DNA of 63,250 nt, filler included, from Octopus bimaculoides (taxonomy: Eukaryota), in assembly GCF_001194135.2 (NCBI RefSeq). It is 4 parts of 4 records of this genome, joined end to end, with 100 filler letters (N's around TTAATTAATTAA, not from the genome) between each part and the next. Parts side by side here need not be neighbours in the genome. Positions count along the whole stretch, not along the records: positions 1 to 15,854 come from NC_068987.1; positions 15,955 to 22,817 come from NC_068990.1; positions 22,918 to 50,293 come from NC_068981.1; 1 more part is not named here. One strand, given 5' to 3'. The notes below the pieces were generated by a model that had not been told where the DNA came from, made no database searches, and worked only from the letters and a program-made list of their open reading frames with translations. Of the stretch, positions 13,071-25,957 are shown in pieces. The position numbers and the translations under genes are program-made. Every line of letters starts with the position of its first letter. Position 1 is the first letter of the stretch.

Positions 13071-13539
13071 CTCACCACACCGTACCAAATGCCTAATGTG
13101 GATCTCAAAAATGCAGTAATTCTTGGAAAGGAATCCAGTTGCCAATCACGTGGTTTATCAACATGTTTCTTAAATCCAAGATGAACGAGTAAAATTTTTA
13201 GAACGATTGTCTATTGTTTATCATTAAGGATTGTTTATGCTTCGTGTTGGTATTTATGGCTTTCTACTAAAAAAAAAACATACGGAACACAAAGTATTCT
13301 AAGACCAAACAATTGTTCAATTTGAAACTACATCACGTGATCCAGATATGTCTATTGTGGAGTCAATTTGGTTAAAATAATTCTGCCCTGGTCAGCTTGT
13401 TTAATGTAGTTCTAAATTAACAAAAGACTGGATGTGGACAGAAACTGAACGGAATCCCATAGTATATACATAGGTATTTTGCGCACGTGCTCGCGCGTGT
13501 GTGTAAGTGTGTGTGTAAGTTTGTGCGTAAGTGTGTTTG

Positions 13540-13715
13540 CTACACCCAGCACTCGACAACCGATTCTAGTTTGTTTACATCACCTTGACTTATCAGTTAA
13601 AGAGATTGATAGAATAAATACCAGACTTTTTTTTTTAAAGTAGTGGGTCTGTTTGTTCGACTAAATTCTTCAGTCCGGTGCCCCAGCATGGCAATGACTG
13701 ATAACCGGCGGAGCT
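13540..13715 (+). mobile_element. SINE family A tail fragment
   Basis: ctcgacaaccgat...gatagaataaataccagac...ttcgactaa...ggtgccccagcatggc. Confidence 0.65.
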
Positions 13716-14776
13716 TTTCTACTGTTGATCTATACACAATAAATAGTAACCAAATGCTCACAAATCGTACCATTCCGTCTTTAAAAAAAGAAGGCATCGG
13801 AAAATGTGATCCTGTATTCGTCGCTGGTCAACGATATTGCACGGATAATAACTTAACCACCTTTTCTGCTGTGTCCGGTCTGTTTCCAAAAGCAGGGGTC
13901 TAACCCCAATTCCACATGCCACTTCTCCACTCATGGGTATATTACAAAGGAAAGGTAAATGAACATATGTTCACGGCATCTGTGGAGGTGCAAGGGATGC
14001 CAATTATTGGTTAAATATAACTGTACATATCTCCGGATTTTCTGTCGGAGATTATTCCGTTAGACTTTTTTAAATGCCCAATAAATTACCCCAACAAGAT
14101 AATCGAATAAGACAAAAAATTACGTTGGTCATCACTGGAACATCTTCGGAGCTAAATAACAATAACAAAAACATTACATAAATACTACTGCACGCTATTC
14201 TTAAACCTAAAGCAATTTCACCGAGACTTGCGGCAAGACAAATGTTTAAATAATAACATTTAGGAAAATAGCTGATGCAAAAAACAAAATGACTGCACTC
14301 AATAGATTTATTATAGAAGAACATCGATCAATTTTGATAGCCAAATATAATCCAAAATTCAATATTCAGCTAATACATTCTCATAATGTAACTAAGCTTA
14401 GCTGGATTTATCTATAAATAATTTAAAATCCTGGAATAATTCAGCGAGTGGACAATCGATGCAATAACGCAATGATCTAATCCTTTGCTTCAATTACATT
14501 AATTTCAAATGTCTATCATTCCGGTGCATTTCGTTGGGTTGACAAGTTCAGGACGACCGAGGAAAAAGAAAACCTAAATCCGTCTTGTGAGACGGAGCTT
14601 CGTAAAACTTTAACATACCCGTGTGTTTCATGATGTATGTTTAAAGAAAGTTCCAACATATATGTGTGCATGTATGATATTTTATATACAATATATATAT
14701 GTATANNNNNNNNNNNNNNNNNNNNNNNNNNNNNNNNNNNNNNNNNNNNNNNNNNNNNNNNNNNNNNNNNTATATC

Positions 14777-15177
14777 TCTTTTTTTACTCTTTTATTTGTT
14801 TCAGTCATTTGACTGCGGCCATGCTGGGGCACCGCCTTTAGTCAAGCAAATCGACCCCAGGACTTATTCTTTGTAAGCCTTGTACTTATTCTATCGGTCT
14901 CTTTTTACCGAACCGCTAAGTTACGGGACGTAAAGACACGAGCATCGGTTGTCAAACGATGTTGGGGTGACAAACACAGACACATAAACATATGCACACA
15001 CACATACATATATACGACGGGCTTCTTTCAGTTTCCGTCTACCAAATCCACTCACAAGGCTTTGGTCAGCCCGAGGCTACAGTAGAAGACACTTGCCCAA
15101 GGTGCCACGCAGTGGGACTGAACCCGGAACCATGTGGTTGGGTAGCGAGCTACTTACCACACAGCCACTCCTGCGCC
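14777..15177 (-). mobile_element. SINE family A, full length
   Basis: tRNA-like head GGCGCAGGAGTGGCTGTGTGG...GGGTTCAGTCCC, CCTTGGGCAAGTG central box, internal microsatellite and tail; aligns with 40183-40642 and 41610-42020. Confidence 0.9.
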
Positions 15178-15557
15178 TGTATATATTAATTTTTCATGAA
15201 TTATTTTTCTTGTGAATTGTTTGCCACTGTATCGAGATTATTTCCACACTGGTGGCTGCAATGATTTCGGTGCAAAGCGAATCAGTTGCGGTGCAGACAT
15301 CAAAACGATTGGTTGGAAGTCTCTATCATGGTAACGCGTGCTGAAGAAGCTAAGGCCATTTTTGCCAGTGCAGAAACCGGTCCACGTGAGTCCAAATACT
15401 TAAATCTACGTTGGGAGATTGTCTTAACCCGATTTGCCTTCGGTTGATTTCTATAGTTATCAACAGTGTATTTTGGCGATTAAAATAAGAGTTTTGACTG
15501 TTGTTTCCAGCAGGAAGACATACTTAATATGTCCTTTGATTAATTCTAATCCTTCAA

Positions 15558-15570
<13 letters not shown>

Positions 15571-15622
<52 letters not shown>
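15571..15622. repeat. (GATA)n microsatellite
   Basis: Directly visible. Confidence 0.95.
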
Positions 15623-15624
<2 letters not shown>

Positions 15625-15984
15625 TACATACATACCTATATATATATAGTATATATATGTATGCATATATATACTATATATATATATATAAATATATATA
15701 TATATACATACACATATATATAAGGTATACTATATACATACATATATATAAGATACACTATATCCATACATATGTATATTTATAAATATATATAATGTTT
15801 GTACAAATCTTTATTCATACATATGTACATAATTATATATATATATATATATATNNNNNNNNNNNNNNNNNNNNNNNNNNNNNNNNNNNNNNNNNNNNTT
15901 AATTAATTAANNNNNNNNNNNNNNNNNNNNNNNNNNNNNNNNNNNNNNNNNNNNATATATATATATATATATAACTAGCCTTGC

Positions 15985-16300
15985 GTCTGTTACGACGACG
16001 CGTGTTCCAGTTGATCCGATCAACAGAACACCTTCCTCGTGAAATTAACGTGCAAGTAGCTGAGAACTCCACGGACAAGCGTACCCTTACCGTAGTTCAC
16101 TGGGAAATTCACCGTGACACAGGATGTGACAAGGCTAGCTCTTTTGAAATACAGGTACTACTCATTTTTGTCAGCTGGGTGGACTGGAGCAAGGTGAAAT
16201 AAAGTGTCTTGCTCAAGGACACAACGCGTCGCCGGCATTTGAATCCACGACCTTACAATCGTGAGCCGAATACCCTAACCACTATGCGACGCGCCTTCAC
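15985..16300 (-). mobile_element. SINE family C
   Basis: Reverse reads GTGAAGGCGCGT...GTGGTTAGGG...GTGTCCTTGAGCAAGACACTTTATTTCAC; same as 37508, 43010 and 61760. Confidence 0.9.
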
Positions 16301-16304
16301 ACAT

Positions 16305-16428
<124 letters not shown>

Positions 16429-17766
16429 ATACAGACGTATATATTAAATAGCGCATTAAAAGAAGCTCTAGTAATATAAATATTATCCACCTGACATACG
16501 TAGTGTATGTCGTTTGTTTATACGTTCTTTGCTGCGGGATAGCTTCCAGGGTAAGCCCTCGGCACGACACCAAATGGTAAAGAGCAGCCAACGTCCCACA
16601 CCAGTCTCTGACGACCGAGAATGGTAGATATCAATATTTTCCTATTATTGCGGCTGATCAATAGCATGTACCCGTATCAGTTCGAAACGAAATGAATTGC
16701 TGGTATGGGACTTCAATGCAAATGAGGGGAAGTCTATTTGCTGATGTGCTGCATCATGGCACATATGACCCAAAATTAAATTACAAATTAAAAACAGCTC
16801 TAGTAGCGTAATCATTACCGGTCGCAGATGCATAGTGGTATGTGTTTTGCTTATACGCTCATCTGCGGAAGGATAGCGTCCAGGGAAATAATGTCGAAAT
16901 ATCAGTATCTGCTATTGTCGGTCTAGAACATTCAATGTTTTTTAACACGCTGCGTCATGTATGAAACGTTTCTTGGGCGCTATGCCGCAGGAAATGAACG
17001 TTTCAACAAAACACTTACACTAAGTATGTGCGACCGAGGATGTTTATATATATATATATATATATATATATNNNNNNNNNNNNNNNNNNNNNNNNNNNNN
17101 NNNNNNNNNNNNNNNNNNNNNNNNNNNNNNNNNNNNNNNNNNNNNNNNNNNNNNNNNNNNNNNNNNNNNNNNNNNNNNNNNNNNNNNNNNNNNNNNNNNN
17201 NNNNNNNNNNNNNNNNNNNNNNNNNNNNNNNNNNNNNNNNNNNNNNNNNNNNNNNNNNNNNNNNNNNNNNNNNNNNNNNNNNNNNNNNNNNNNNNNNNNN
17301 NNNNNNNNNNNNNNNNNNNNNNNNNNNNNNNNNNNNNNNNNNNNNNNNNNNNNNNNNNNNNNNNNNNNNNNNNNNNNNNNNNNNNNNNNNNNNNNNNNNN
17401 NNNNNNNNNNNNNNNNNNNNNNNNNNNNNNNNNNNNNNNNNNNNNNNNNNNNNNNNNNNNNNNNNNNNNNNNNNNNNNNNNNNNNNNNNNNNNNNNNNNN
17501 NNNNNNNNNNNNNNNNNNNNNNNNNNNNNNNNNNNNNNNNNNNNNNNNNNNNNNNNNNNNNNNNNNNNNNNNNNNNNNNNNNNNNNNNNNNNNNAATTTC
17601 AAATCTTCATATATTAATTTGCTATCCTATGACCAATACAAGAAACAAAGAAACTGTTCATAATAAAACAATATAAACAGAAAGGGCGGGAGAGGGGGAG
17701 AGGGAAGGATAGGGGGAGTGGAAGCGAGGAAGGGGGAGAGGTATAAAGAGAGACTGAGAGAGGGAG

Positions 17767-17820
<54 letters not shown>

Positions 17821-18017
17821 ACAATGAAAAAACGTCAGTTTGTCTGTTAGTGCAGATAGTACAAAACTATAAATGTCCTACGTCAGAAAGTATAAAAATC
17901 ATTAAAAACGCTGAAGAGTTAAAAAACAGAAACTATGAAACTTAGCAAATGAACCTTACTTCACCTACCTGGGCGGTAAAAATATGTGCTGATGAAAGCA
18001 GCCAATCAGAGGTCAGC

Positions 18018-18115
18018 ATCGGAACTTGGAAAGTTAGAACAGTATTTGGTCGAATTGCCAAGATGTGGAGATTAAAAAACCATCAGTATAAAAATTGAAA
18101 TTGCAGCCCACAGAT
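18018..18115 (+). mobile_element. Possible LINE AP-endonuclease N-terminal remnant
   Basis: IGTWKVRT at 18018 (cf. IGTWNVRT) and KIEIAA shortly downstream in another frame; very short and decayed. Confidence 0.35.
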
Positions 18116-18717
18116 TAATATGCCTAACTAATAGTGCACAAGAAAAATAAGGAAAAAAATGAATACATTCTTTCAAATAACACAATGGGATATACTGCGT
18201 ATGACATATGAGGCTTGAATCACTAAGTAGGAAATATTTAAGAGAACAGGGCAGAAGGAGAATAATAGTAATAATGAGAATAAGAATGCTGAAATTGTTG
18301 GGTTATGTATTGAGGATGAATGAAGACAAAATAAGAGATGAGAAGCTGGAGTGAAAACCCGACGGCAGCAAAAAGTAGAATGACATAAAATATGTGTGTT
18401 GAAAATGATCTGAAAAGCCTCAGAGAGATCTGGCGTTAACTGGATATAGTCGATTGATATTGAGAAAAGTATAGGAAGGACTGAAAACAGAAGCTATATA
18501 TATACATATATAACAAAGTAAACTTGCAAGGTACAGCATGAGTGAAAATATATAGGAAAGAGGATGTGAAAATGCAGTGGTATTTTAAAGATGTTAATTG
18601 ACTTGAGCGGTTTCACTTTTGAAAATCATTTTTTTTTAATGTGAAACCGGTCAAGTCAATAAACATCTTTAAAAGACCTCTACATTTTCAAATCCTCTTT
18701 TCTGTATGTATACATAC

Positions 18718-18752
<35 letters not shown>

Positions 18753-18753
<1 letters not shown>

Positions 18754-18925
18754 GCAGGTGTAGCAGTGTGATAAGAAGCTTGCTTCACAGCCACATGTGC
18801 CAGGGTTCAGTCTTACTGAATGGCACCTTGAGCAATTTTCAACCGAAGTGTCGACCTCGGGCCGACCAAAATTTGTGAGTGAATTTGGTAGACGGAAACT
18901 GAGACCGAAAGACGCCCGTCATATA
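18753..18925 (+). mobile_element. SINE family A, head and body only
   Basis: Decayed head plus cctcgggccgaccaaa...gtgagtgaatttggtagacggaaactga. Confidence 0.75.
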
Positions 18926-19015
18926 TATACTGTATATTCCCATCATTAAACTTACTGAGTAGATATTACTACACGTTTAGTGTACAATTTTCAAGCCTAA
19001 TGCCACACACACATA

Positions 19016-19046
<31 letters not shown>

Positions 19047-19519
19047 GTGTGTGAGAGCGTGTGAGTGCGTGCATGTTATATTTCGAGTTCGTTAGGTCCA
19101 AGATAATTCAGTGTGTTTTGAAACGCCAGTTCCATTCTTCATTGAAATTAAAGACTATTTCATTTGTAGTGACAATGATACTTCGGAGAGGCATTAGTAT
19201 CAAATATTCATATTAATATTAAACTCCTGGAGAAGTTGGTCTTTCAACTGTGCCTCATGAACTAATGATGCAGCGTCTGTGATCAATTGGCACGCTCGAC
19301 TCAATAGATAGATGAGTCTCCACGGAGTCGATTGACCTTCAGCAAAAAGCAGCCAAACATACATCAAAATGCACCCTGTGTTCTTTAATACGTGAAATAG
19401 TCGTATACATCCAAAATAATATAGTTACATTATATTTGAAACCAACAGGGGATTATCGTCAATTGAATACCTTTGTTCAGAGGTCTTACTAAGTGAGAAC
19501 TGACCTGGGACGATAGCAA

Positions 19520-19820
19520 TAATGATGAGGACGAAGACGACAACGACGACGGCGATGGCGGTGGTGGCCACGATGACAGCGGCGGTGGTGACGGCGGTGG
19601 CAGCGGTGGCAGCGGTGGCGGTGGCGCTGGTGGAGGAGGTGGCGGCGACGGTGTCAATGGCCACGGCGGCGACGACTACGACTATAACAACAACGATGCC
19701 AACCACAACAGCGACGGTAGCTACAACGGACGACGACGGTAACAACAACTACAACAACAACAAAATCAACAAAAGCAGCAATAATATCCAGGACGACGAC
19801 AACGAAGACGACAGCAGCAG
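19520..19820. repeat. Degenerate GC-rich trinucleotide repeat tract
   Basis: GAC/GGC/GGT/AAC runs. Confidence 0.85.
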
Positions 19821-20165
19821 CTGCACCGGTTTCGGATTCTGTATAGTAAGAAGTAGATTTCTTCTCAGCCGAATACAAAACCTAAACCTCATTATCTTTC
19901 ACAAATGACTTATTNNNNNNNNNNATTCTTTTTTTCCATTTAACTCGTGATTTGAGGAACATCAACATTCCACTTATTGCAATATGTTTTCTGTTAAATA
20001 CCAGGTTGTTTTGCCAACTCACCTTTCTAAAACAAAAAGAAAGTAAAAAGAAATGGATGGTCTGATCCTGTGTGCACTCTGCCTTCAAAAAAGGATAAGC
20101 ACGGATAGAAATCTATTGGTTATATTTTGTTTTTCAACTAGACATGGCCTAGAGTTAAATACAAA

Positions 20166-20376
20166 TTTCAAATTTTGGCGCAATGCCAGCAATTTCGGAG
20201 AGGGGGTAAGTCGATTGTATTGACCTCAGTATTGAACTAGTATTTTTTTTTATCGATCTTGAAAGGATGAAAGGCAAAGTCGACCTCGGTGGAATTTGAA
20301 CTCAGAATGTAAACGCGGACGAAATGCCGCCAAGCATTTTGCCCGGTGTGCTAACGAATCTGCCAGTTCGATGCCT
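20166..20376 (-). mobile_element. SINE family B
   Basis: Reverse complement of the 6239 copy. Confidence 0.88.
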
Positions 20377-21116
20377 TAGCCTAGTGTTAAATATTAATAA
20401 GAAGAATAACATCAACAAAAATTACACGACAAGTATCGCTCTTATCTCCACTACTACCTCAACCATAACTGCCATCACCACCACTACTTAGACTGCTTCC
20501 ATCACCACCATCGTTTGAACGAACAACAATAGCAATTCCCTTTAAAATTTGCCGCCAAACAGAGAGAGATTTATGCAGCCACATGATTTAATATAAGTTA
20601 AATCACACTTTGGAAAGTAAAGGGCACTTTGAATAGTATATTCCTAGTTACACAATGTCTAAATAAAAAGTATCAAAGAATCTAACCATAAGTCTGCTGT
20701 ACCAAGGCTGAGCTGGATTTAAATAACAACACCAGCAACGATAACAACAACAACGAAACGAGGTTTTAAAATGGCCGCCGAATCCCCAGAAAAAGAAACC
20801 TATTAAAAATGGCTGCCAAATGCCCAGAGGTAAACAAATCCCTTAAAACGTTTTAATTTAGTAAAAAATACAATAACGATGTCCCTTTTCTTCTTTTAAT
20901 CCTCTCTAGGTATAATATAGCACAAACCTTGGGTGGTAAGGGCATAATTTAAGGTTTCATATTCAGACAGTGATCCACGTTAAGGGTCACAGTGTCGGTT
21001 TCCAGTTACTTTCTCAAATAACTCAGTGAAGTCGTAGGATAATGAACACTCGTCACTTATAGTGCCCTAGTTTTGTTGTACATTTACAATGAGGTAGACA
21101 GTATTATTATTATTAA

Positions 21117-21156
<40 letters not shown>

Positions 21157-21231
21157 GCTACCACCACTATCACCATCACCACTATCACCATCACCACTAT
21201 CACGACCACCACCACAACCACTACTATTACA

Positions 21232-21415
21232 TGGATTGGCTAAATCGTTAGAGCGATGAACAAAATATCTCGCGGCTGTTTACGTTCTAAGCTCAAATCT
21301 GGCCGAGGTCAAATTTTGTCTTTCATCTTTTGCAGTAACAGTCAAGTACTGAGCCGCTTGTATCCACTAATCTTCTTACCTCGAAATTGCTGGGCTTGTG
21401 CCTAAATTAGAATCA
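21232..21415 (+). mobile_element. SINE family B, decayed
   Basis: tacgttctaagctcaaatctggccgaggtc...gtcaagtactgag...gggcttgtgcc. Confidence 0.6.
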
Positions 21416-21419
21416 AATC

Positions 21420-21501
21420 TTCATCCTCATCATCATCATTATCTTCATCATCATCTTCTTCTTCTTCTTCTTCTTCTTCTTCTTCTTCTTCTTCTTCGTA
21501 C

Positions 21502-21567
<66 letters not shown>
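21420..21567. repeat. Compound (CAT)(CTT)n(TAT)n microsatellite
   Basis: Directly visible. Confidence 0.95.
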
Positions 21568-21568
<1 letters not shown>

Positions 21569-21569
21569 A

Positions 21570-21765
21570 GGCGGTGTGTTAGCAGAATCGTTAGCGCGCT
21601 GGGCGAAATGCTTAGCAGTATTTCGAACGTCGCTACGTTCTGAGTTCAAATTCCGCCTTTCATCCTTCTTTCGGGGGTCGACAGAATTAAGTACCAGTTG
21701 AGTACTGGGGTTGATGTAATCACTTAGCATTCACCCGAAGTTGCTGCTAAAATTTGAAACCCTTA
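21570..21765 (+). mobile_element. SINE family B
   Basis: Follows a (TAT)n tract and aligns with the 6239 copy. Confidence 0.85.
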
Positions 21766-21914
21766 TTTCTATCATTATTGATCTTGTTGTTGTTGATTTT
21801 GTTGCTGTTAAATTATTGTTAATGTTATATGAGCGTGTGTACTTTGTATGTGTGTGTGTTTGTGAACTTGTGTATGTGCATGTGTTTGTATGACTATGTA
21901 TGATTACATGTACA

Positions 21915-21962
<48 letters not shown>

Positions 21963-22161
21963 NNNNNNNNNNNNNNNNNNNNNNNNNNNNNNNNNNNNNN
22001 NNNNNNNNNNNNNNNNNNNNNNNNNNNNNNNNNNNNNNNNNNNNNNNNNNNNNNNNNNNNNNNNNNNNNNNNNNNNNNNNNNNNNNNNNNNNNNNNNNNN
22101 NNNNNNNNNNNNNNNNNNNNNNNNNNNNNNNNNNNNNNNNNNNNNNNNNNNNNNNNNNNNN

Positions 22162-22204
<43 letters not shown>

Positions 22205-22782
22205 ACGATATAGTGAGGAAGAGAGATGAGGAGACTCAGACATCAATTTGTTTATACATACACATGACATGTTTCCTTATCGATCATATCTGGCTGTTTT
22301 TTGCGGGGGGGGGGATAAAATGGCACACTTCGCGCGCACATGTGCGTCTCTCTTACTCTCTCTCTCTCTCTCTCTCTCCATATATATATATATATACATA
22401 CATATATGCGCGTGTGTGTGTTTTTGTGTGTATGCGCACACACACGCATATATGTATATATATATACATATGTGTGTATGTACGTAAGTGCGTGCGCCTC
22501 TGGGTAAATATGTATATTTGTATATGTATTTGCTAAAACACACTTAGATATTTAGAACAGCAAGGTCTAATTTAAACACATTGCGATATGGACACATGCA
22601 TACACAACTACACACGGCCGCGCGTATACAAAGACACGTACACACACACACACACGCACGCACACACACACGTTCATACACACACACGCACTCACGTGTA
22701 CTCAGAGGAGTCTAGAAATGGGAAAGAAATAGAGAAGACAAGTCATATATGTCATATGTGTGCGTCTGTTTGTGTGTATATG

Positions 22783-22817
<35 letters not shown>

Positions 22818-22917
22818 NNNNNNNNNNNNNNNNNNNNNNNNNNNNNNNNNNNNNNNNNNNNTTAATTAATTAANNNNNNNNNNNNNNNNNNNNNNNNNNN
22901 NNNNNNNNNNNNNNNNN

Positions 22918-22967
<50 letters not shown>

Positions 22968-22984
22968 AACACATACACATTTAA

Positions 22985-23460
22985 TGCAGTCTGTTCGGGC
23001 TAAATTTGACTTGTTTGCATAAAAAGGAAAAACACAGAACAAAGATGTTATAACAATTCAAAAAATAGTGACTACATATTAACTGGGAGATGAGAGTTTA
23101 CACAAAGTAGCTAACCTCAACCACGGCCTCAACCTGGTTTCGGAACCTGGTACATTTGCGCCCCTCATAAAATCTACGAATACCTTCACGATCTTCCTCA
23201 TTTGCTCAGCCTTGGTGAAGCACCTCACACGTAGTAATCTATGGTGTTTACAAGCGAGGAATTAGGAGACCAGATATCGGGGCTGGTGGAGTCATAGAAA
23301 TTCCCCCAACAACCATTTCTAACTCTTTCCGGTGGCATGACAAGGGACCGAATTCTGCCGTCACACATATAACCCTCCAGCAGCAACCCACTCCAACCAG
23401 GAATTGACCACTCTCCAGCAGTTTCACATAGCCGTGTTCAAAGTTGTGAGGACGAATTCT
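22985..23460 (-). mobile_element. Tc1/mariner (maT/DD37D-like) transposase C-terminal pseudogene
   Basis: Minus strand reads VVNSWLEWVAAGGLYV*RQNSVPCHATGKS*KWLLGNFYDSTSPDIWSPNSSLVNTIDYYV*GA...RFRNQVEAVVE, i.e. decayed QQDSAPCH and WPPNSPDLNPLDYYVW motifs. Confidence 0.82.
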
Positions 23461-23744
23461 GTTATTCCCACAGCGTCAGAACGTCTTCTACATCCCTTCC
23501 TGCTGGCCACGACTTTCTCGTGCCAGTTGCAGCTGCCCATGTCAGACACAAAGAGGATTAACTCGAACAACCTGTACCTATATACGTACCTAATTACAGA
23601 GATACATACATACACATAAAACTTACATACATACTTACATACATACACACATACTCACACATCAATATTTACGTACACACATACATGTATGTATGGGAAA
23701 AATACTCCAGCGTGGAAACTAGAAAGTCTGTGACTCCAAACTTT

Positions 23745-23815
<71 letters not shown>

Positions 23816-24842
23816 AGAGCGCTGTAGTTCGATTGAAGCACTATATTACATAGGTAGAATATAAATGAAAAGAAAAATAAGGAAAGCTTCTAATAATGCA
23901 TAAAGTTTATAAAAACCTTTATATTTTGGGCCCAAAGAAAAATACAGTCAAAGAAATGTCTATTTACACAGATTTTGTTATTTTGGAAAGCTGTTCAAAA
24001 TCTATGTAAGTACGCATTTCTTTGATTGTATGCTTCGGAAGATAGGTCTTTGCGCAAAAATATAATGGTTTAAAAAGCTTTCTCCTTTCTTAGAAGCTTT
24101 CGTTATTCCTCTTTTTATATACACGCACATACACATACCCACACACATATACACGTTTGTATATATACATATACATACATGTATATACATATACACACTT
24201 TAATCGCTTACCTAAGCTAAATCTCATAGTGCCTACAATAATATCTACTATTATAACAAATTATCGCCCTTCCTTTTATTTTTCCTTTCACTCTTACTGA
24301 TACTAGATTTTTAAAAAAACTCTAACGTCAGAAGATGAGTCATTTTGTTTTTTTTTTCACTAAATGTAGACATATTTCGGTAAAAATTTTGTAATGTTTT
24401 CATATATATTGTTGTGTGGTAGAGTAAGAAGCTTTCCATGCAGTAAAACTACAACTTGTATTTTGTTATTAATCTGTGTTACACGCTCTAGTTCGACGCA
24501 CAAAGTATTTGTCTTCCACAACCCATAAAATCGTTCTCGTATATGACAGCCCTATGTCTTGTCCACAGTTACTTATATTGTAACATGTGAAGTGATAGCC
24601 ATAATATGAGAGATGGTTACTGAAAAACCGATTCGGAGATCCGGTTTTGATTTGCACTTATTTATTTCCTTTACTAGCATAACGTATATTCTTTTTTAAA
24701 AGAAAAGCACGAGAACGTGCTTTTAACTTTTAACCACCCATTCCTTGGAGACAATTTAAACTAAGTAGTATTGAGTCAAAATGGCAGTCATCATACCGTC
24801 TGGAGACAGATCTAGCTTAGTAAATCAAAAATATAATATTAA

Positions 24843-25135
24843 TAAGAGCACTCAGGGAGCGTAGACCTCCGCCAAGGCAACACCAACGTCGTCTCAACGA
24901 TTAGGCGGAGATGATTTTTAAAATGAGAATATCTGAAATAAACTCGACTGCTCTCACAAACGAGAATACTAAAAATGAACCCGACTGCTCTGAAAAATTA
25001 AGTAAAAAGAACTGGAAAATAATCCAGAATCCTTGTCCAGTACCGGATCGATACCAAAATCTAATCAGTTCGTGCCAGTCACGTGGCCAAATATCTCTGA
25101 AAGTTTCATCCGAAAGTTTCATCCCAGTACTCATT
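24843..25135. mobile_element. Helentron/DINE-1-like non-autonomous element (tentative)
   Basis: Starts ATAAGAGCACTCAGGGAGCGTAGACCTCCGCCAAGG with a CTCCGCC...GGCGGAG inverted repeat. The body is shared in reverse with 61110-61285. Confidence 0.45.
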
Positions 25136-25144
25136 TTCTTTAAA

Positions 25145-25957
25145 GCTTAAAACTTATATCGACCTTTTTTGCCGAACCGCTAAGTGACAGGGATATAAAC
25201 ACATCATCACCAGTTGTCAAGTGGTGGTGGGAACAAAGACAGACACAAAGACACATACGCAAAACACGTATAAATGTGCATGTATACACACGCAAACACA
25301 TACATACATACATACATACATACATACATACATGCATACATACATACATACATACGGGCAAAGGTATGTACCATCATAGAGGCCAGCTGTCCTGCAGATA
25401 TAAATATCCCTTCGAAAATCAAAGGAAAAGAGGATATATCTATGGACAACTGCTTCGAAACTTTCAGTTTCTATATCCAGACTATGAATTCATATTCATA
25501 CTAATAATAATTGAAGCATTAGTCTTTGTTAGCAAATGCTTAAAGTAGAATCTGGATAAACTGGGATATTCAAAAAGAGAAACTGACCGGCTAATTCGTA
25601 CAATACAAATGCAATCTGTGAGTGGAACAGTAAAAAAATGTAAGACTTTTCTCAAGTTCCAAATGTGAATTTGTCTGTGTTAACTATATCCCAAAGACAG
25701 AGCCTTGTCTCTTTGTTGGAAACCGGCTCCCCACTCAGTGCAAGATTTATAATCATTATAAAATAGAAGAGACAAACATACATACATCCATCCATGCAAT
25801 ACATACATAGGACGGGTTCCTTTCAGTTTCCGTCTACCAAATCCAAAGAGTTTGGTCGGCCCGAGGCTATAGTAGAAAACACTCGCACAAGGTGCAGCGC
25901 AGTAGGACTGAACCTGGAACTATGTGCTTGGGGAGCAAAGTTGTTACCACACAGCCA
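25145..25957 (-). mobile_element. SINE family A split by a ~440 bp insert in its internal microsatellite
   Basis: Tail at 25145-25262 and body/head at 25808-25957 are colinear, with (CATA)n tracts on both sides of the intervening sequence. Confidence 0.6.

Noticed and set aside
15855-15954. TTAATTAATTAA flanked by 44 N on each side (also 22818-22917 and 50294-50393)
   Set aside because: The identical 100-bp construct appears three times and has stops in all six frames; it is an artificial scaffold spacer.
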